DNA from: Puniceicoccales bacterium
Lineage (GTDB): Bacteria; Verrucomicrobiota; Verrucomicrobiia; Opitutales; JAIRLG01
DNA: 32,000 nucleotides
Direction: 5' to 3'
Assembly (NCBI GenBank): GCA_031288595.1
Contig: JAITRB010000007.1
Span: 30,001 to 62,000, forward strand
Made by a program: the position numbers and the translations under genes. This document shows, one piece after another, positions 28,506 to 32,000 of this stretch (its first letter is position 1; each line of letters begins with the position of its first letter). Below the pieces are notes generated by a model. It was not told the origin of the DNA. It did no database searches and worked only from the letters and a program-made list of their open reading frames with translations.

Positions 28506-30065
28506 ATGGCCAGACAGATTCTTTTCTTCTCCGTGACTGTACTACTGGGAGGGAGTCCGCTGATGGCGGCGGGAATATCGAGTCCGAGGGTGCTGCGCTG
28601 GGCAGCAAATCCGGAAAGCGGACCACCTTATGCGTTTTTTTCCTGGAAGCAATCCTCGAAGCGAGTCAACGGGATGGATGCCGATGTGATTCGGGAAGTG
28701 GCCAAACGCCTGGGCTGCGAGGAGCGCTTCTACATCAATGACTGGGACAACCTGATCCCAGGCCTGCGCCGTGGGCTCTACGACGTCGTGATCAATGGTA
28801 TTGTCGCGCCGGAACGGCCGATGCCCGGGGTGATCTTTACCCGGCCCTATTTTCGCGGAACGCGCCAGCTGGTCATCCGGCGGGATGAGGAAAAAATCGT
28901 CAACCTGGCAACGGCCCAGGGCTATCGGGTGGGCCTCATTCCGGACGCATGTACGCATGAGCTATTGGAGGCCTATCCCGGGATCAAGCTGCTGTACTAC
29001 ACCGACGAGTACGAGGTGTTCTTCGACCTCAAGCGCGGGCAGATCGACGCCATCCTGATGGATAGCCCTGGTGTGCTCTACCACAGCTCGATCCAAGCAG
29101 ATACGCGGGTGCTCGAGGAAGCGGTGGTGGAGCTGGAGTACGTCATGGCGCTGCGGGCCGAGGATGGCGAGTGGCTGGAGAGGATCAATCGAGCGTTGGA
29201 GGAGATGAAGGCCGACGGCAGCCTCTTGGCCATCATGCGCTACTGGGGACTCTGCCAAAAACCCTTCTGCCAGATGCTGGGTATACCGGAAGAACCGCTT
29301 CCGGAATTGGCATCTGTCCCGGGCTACAGGCAATTTCTGGAAAACGTTCAGTCGCCCACATCCTGGCAGGAGTTCACCGAGCGTTACCGGAAGATTTTGC
29401 CCCTGCTGGGCCAGGCGGCGCTGATCACCCTGGAGCTCTCCATCGTGTCGATGGGTATTGCGGTGCTGCTGGGCCTCCTGCTGGCCCTGCTGCGGCTCTA
29501 CGCACCACTTGCCATCCGATGGCTGGCCATTCTGTGGATCGAATTCCTGCGTGGCACACCGCTGCTGATCCAACTCTTCTTCATCTTCTACGGCCTGCCC
29601 TTCATAGGCATTTCCCTGCCGCCCTTTTGGGCAGCGGTTCTGGCCCTGGGACTGAACTACTCCGCCTTCGAAGCGGAGAACTATCGGGCGGGCCTGTCCT
29701 CGGTCCCCCGGGCCCAGATGGAGGCCGCCAGGGCCCTGGGCATGACCCAGTTCCAGGCTCTGCGCCACGTAATTGTCCCCCAGGCCTTTTCCTTCGTCCT
29801 GCCGCCCATGACCAATGATTTCATAGCCCTTTTGAAGGATTCCTCTCTGGCCTCGCTGGTCACGATGGTCGAGCTGACCAAGACCTATGCCCTCCTGGCC
29901 AATTCCTATTTCGATTTCTTCGGTACCGGTCTGGTGGTGGCCCTGGTCTACCTCCTCATCGGTCTGCCCTTTTCCTATCTCGCCCATTTGGCGGAGCGCT
30001 ACATGTCCCTGGAAAAACAGGCCTATCGAGGAGTATATGCGCGGCGGAGGAGGAATCGGGGCTAG
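28506..30065 (+). CDS. amino-acid ABC transporter, fused periplasmic substrate-binding protein and permease
   Basis: 519 aa with a signal peptide and a family-3 solute-binding domain (~250 aa). This is followed by a HisM/GlnP-type permease (FLRGTPLLIQLFFIFYGLP; EAA loop ARALGMTQFQALRHVIVPQA). Confidence 0.9.
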   Translation: MARQILFFSVTVLLGGSPLMAAGISSPRVLRWAANPESGPPYAFFSWKQSSKRVNGMDADVIREVAKRLGCEERFYINDWDNLIPGLRRGLYDVVINGIVAPERPMPGVIFTRPYFRGTRQLVIRRDEEKIVNLATAQGYRVGLIPDACTHELLEAYPGIKLLYYTDEYEVFFDLKRGQIDAILMDSPGVLYHSSIQADTRVLEEAVVELEYVMALRAEDGEWLERINRALEEMKADGSLLAIMRYWGLCQKPFCQMLGIPEEPLPELASVPGYRQFLENVQSPTSWQEFTERYRKILPLLGQAALITLELSIVSMGIAVLLGLLLALLRLYAPLAIRWLAILWIEFLRGTPLLIQLFFIFYGLPFIGISLPPFWAAVLALGLNYSAFEAENYRAGLSSVPRAQMEAARALGMTQFQALRHVIVPQAFSFVLPPMTNDFIALLKDSSLASLVTMVELTKTYALLANSYFDFFGTGLVVALVYLLIGLPFSYLAHLAERYMSLEKQAYRGVYARRRRNRG

Positions 30066-30075
30066 GGATCCACTG

Positions 30076-30179
30076 GGGCCGGCTTTCGATGCCGGAGGCA
30101 TCGCTGCCCCCCGCGGCTTGCGCCGCGGGGGGCGGCCAAGAGGGAAAGCCAGGGAGCTTTCCCCTTGGAAAGCCGGCCC
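30076..30179 (+). repeat. cloverleaf-type intergenic palindromic element, copy F (subfamily E/F)
   Basis: Perfect 12-bp closing stem gggccggctttc / gaaagccggccc. It encloses gatgcc-gga-ggcatc (30088-30102), a 15-bp hairpin with one G-U (30103-30136) and a 12-bp hairpin with one bulge (30137-30167). It starts 10 nt after the ABC transporter stop. Confidence 0.8.
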
Positions 30180-30404
30180 AGACCCCAGCTCTCTTCGCAG
30201 CCCAGACGCTTCGGGTTTTGGGGGCCCCGAGATACTGGTAGCGGAGCACTTGAGTATCCCTTCCGGAGAGACGCAAAATTTCTCTGAAGTGGCCTCGAGA
30301 CAAGACGGCGAAAAAGGATCCCTGAAAAGGGATCTGAGACAGCGCGGTGAAAAAACATTGCTATCCGGCCGGCGATCGATTACTCAGGGGAATCCTCGTC
30401 CGAC

Positions 30405-32000
<1,596 letters not shown>

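Noticed and set aside
28962-30101. 379-aa minus-strand ORF
   Set aside because: It is antisense to the binding-protein/permease gene and has Gly/Gln/Arg-rich low-complexity sequence. This is a shadow ORF.

Overview
This is a 32-kb bacterial chromosomal segment. GC is high, roughly 60-65% in the coding lines I hand-counted. It is densely packed with housekeeping genes on both strands:
- FAD-dependent oxidoreductase
- yajC-secDF-recJ
- an OppB/DppB-type ABC permease, a SurA-like chaperone and an atypical ClpX-family ATPase
- rpoZ, smpB, rpsT and tRNA-Leu(GAG)
- a large uncharacterised protein followed by a stand-alone CysJ-type FNR reductase
- thyX
- a three-gene type-IV-pilus-like membrane cluster (fused PilM/PilN-like, Amuc_1100-like, PilP-position protein)
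- fabF-like, accB, accC, der
- a fused amino-acid ABC binding-protein/permease
- atpG and the 5' part of atpD

The gene content hints at a PVC/Verrucomicrobia-type organism, but that is inference only. I see no CRISPR array, no intact mobile element, no rRNA and no recognisable defence or toxin system.

The most unusual signal is non-coding. Six copies of a 96-114 nt intergenic element each fold into the same cloverleaf (four-way junction). A 12-18 bp closing stem encloses three back-to-back hairpins, and the first hairpin is always 6 bp with a 3-nt loop. Hairpin sequences differ between copies while pairing is preserved. Five of the six copies sit 10-40 nt downstream of a stop codon in the sense orientation.

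Secondary points of interest:
- a lower-GC orphan gene (8024-9454) on the opposite strand to its neighbours
- an ORF-poor lower-GC stretch at 1-1360
- the ClpX paralogue with long terminal extensions
- the pilus-like cluster without an adjacent secretin
- atpG-atpD without atpA upstream
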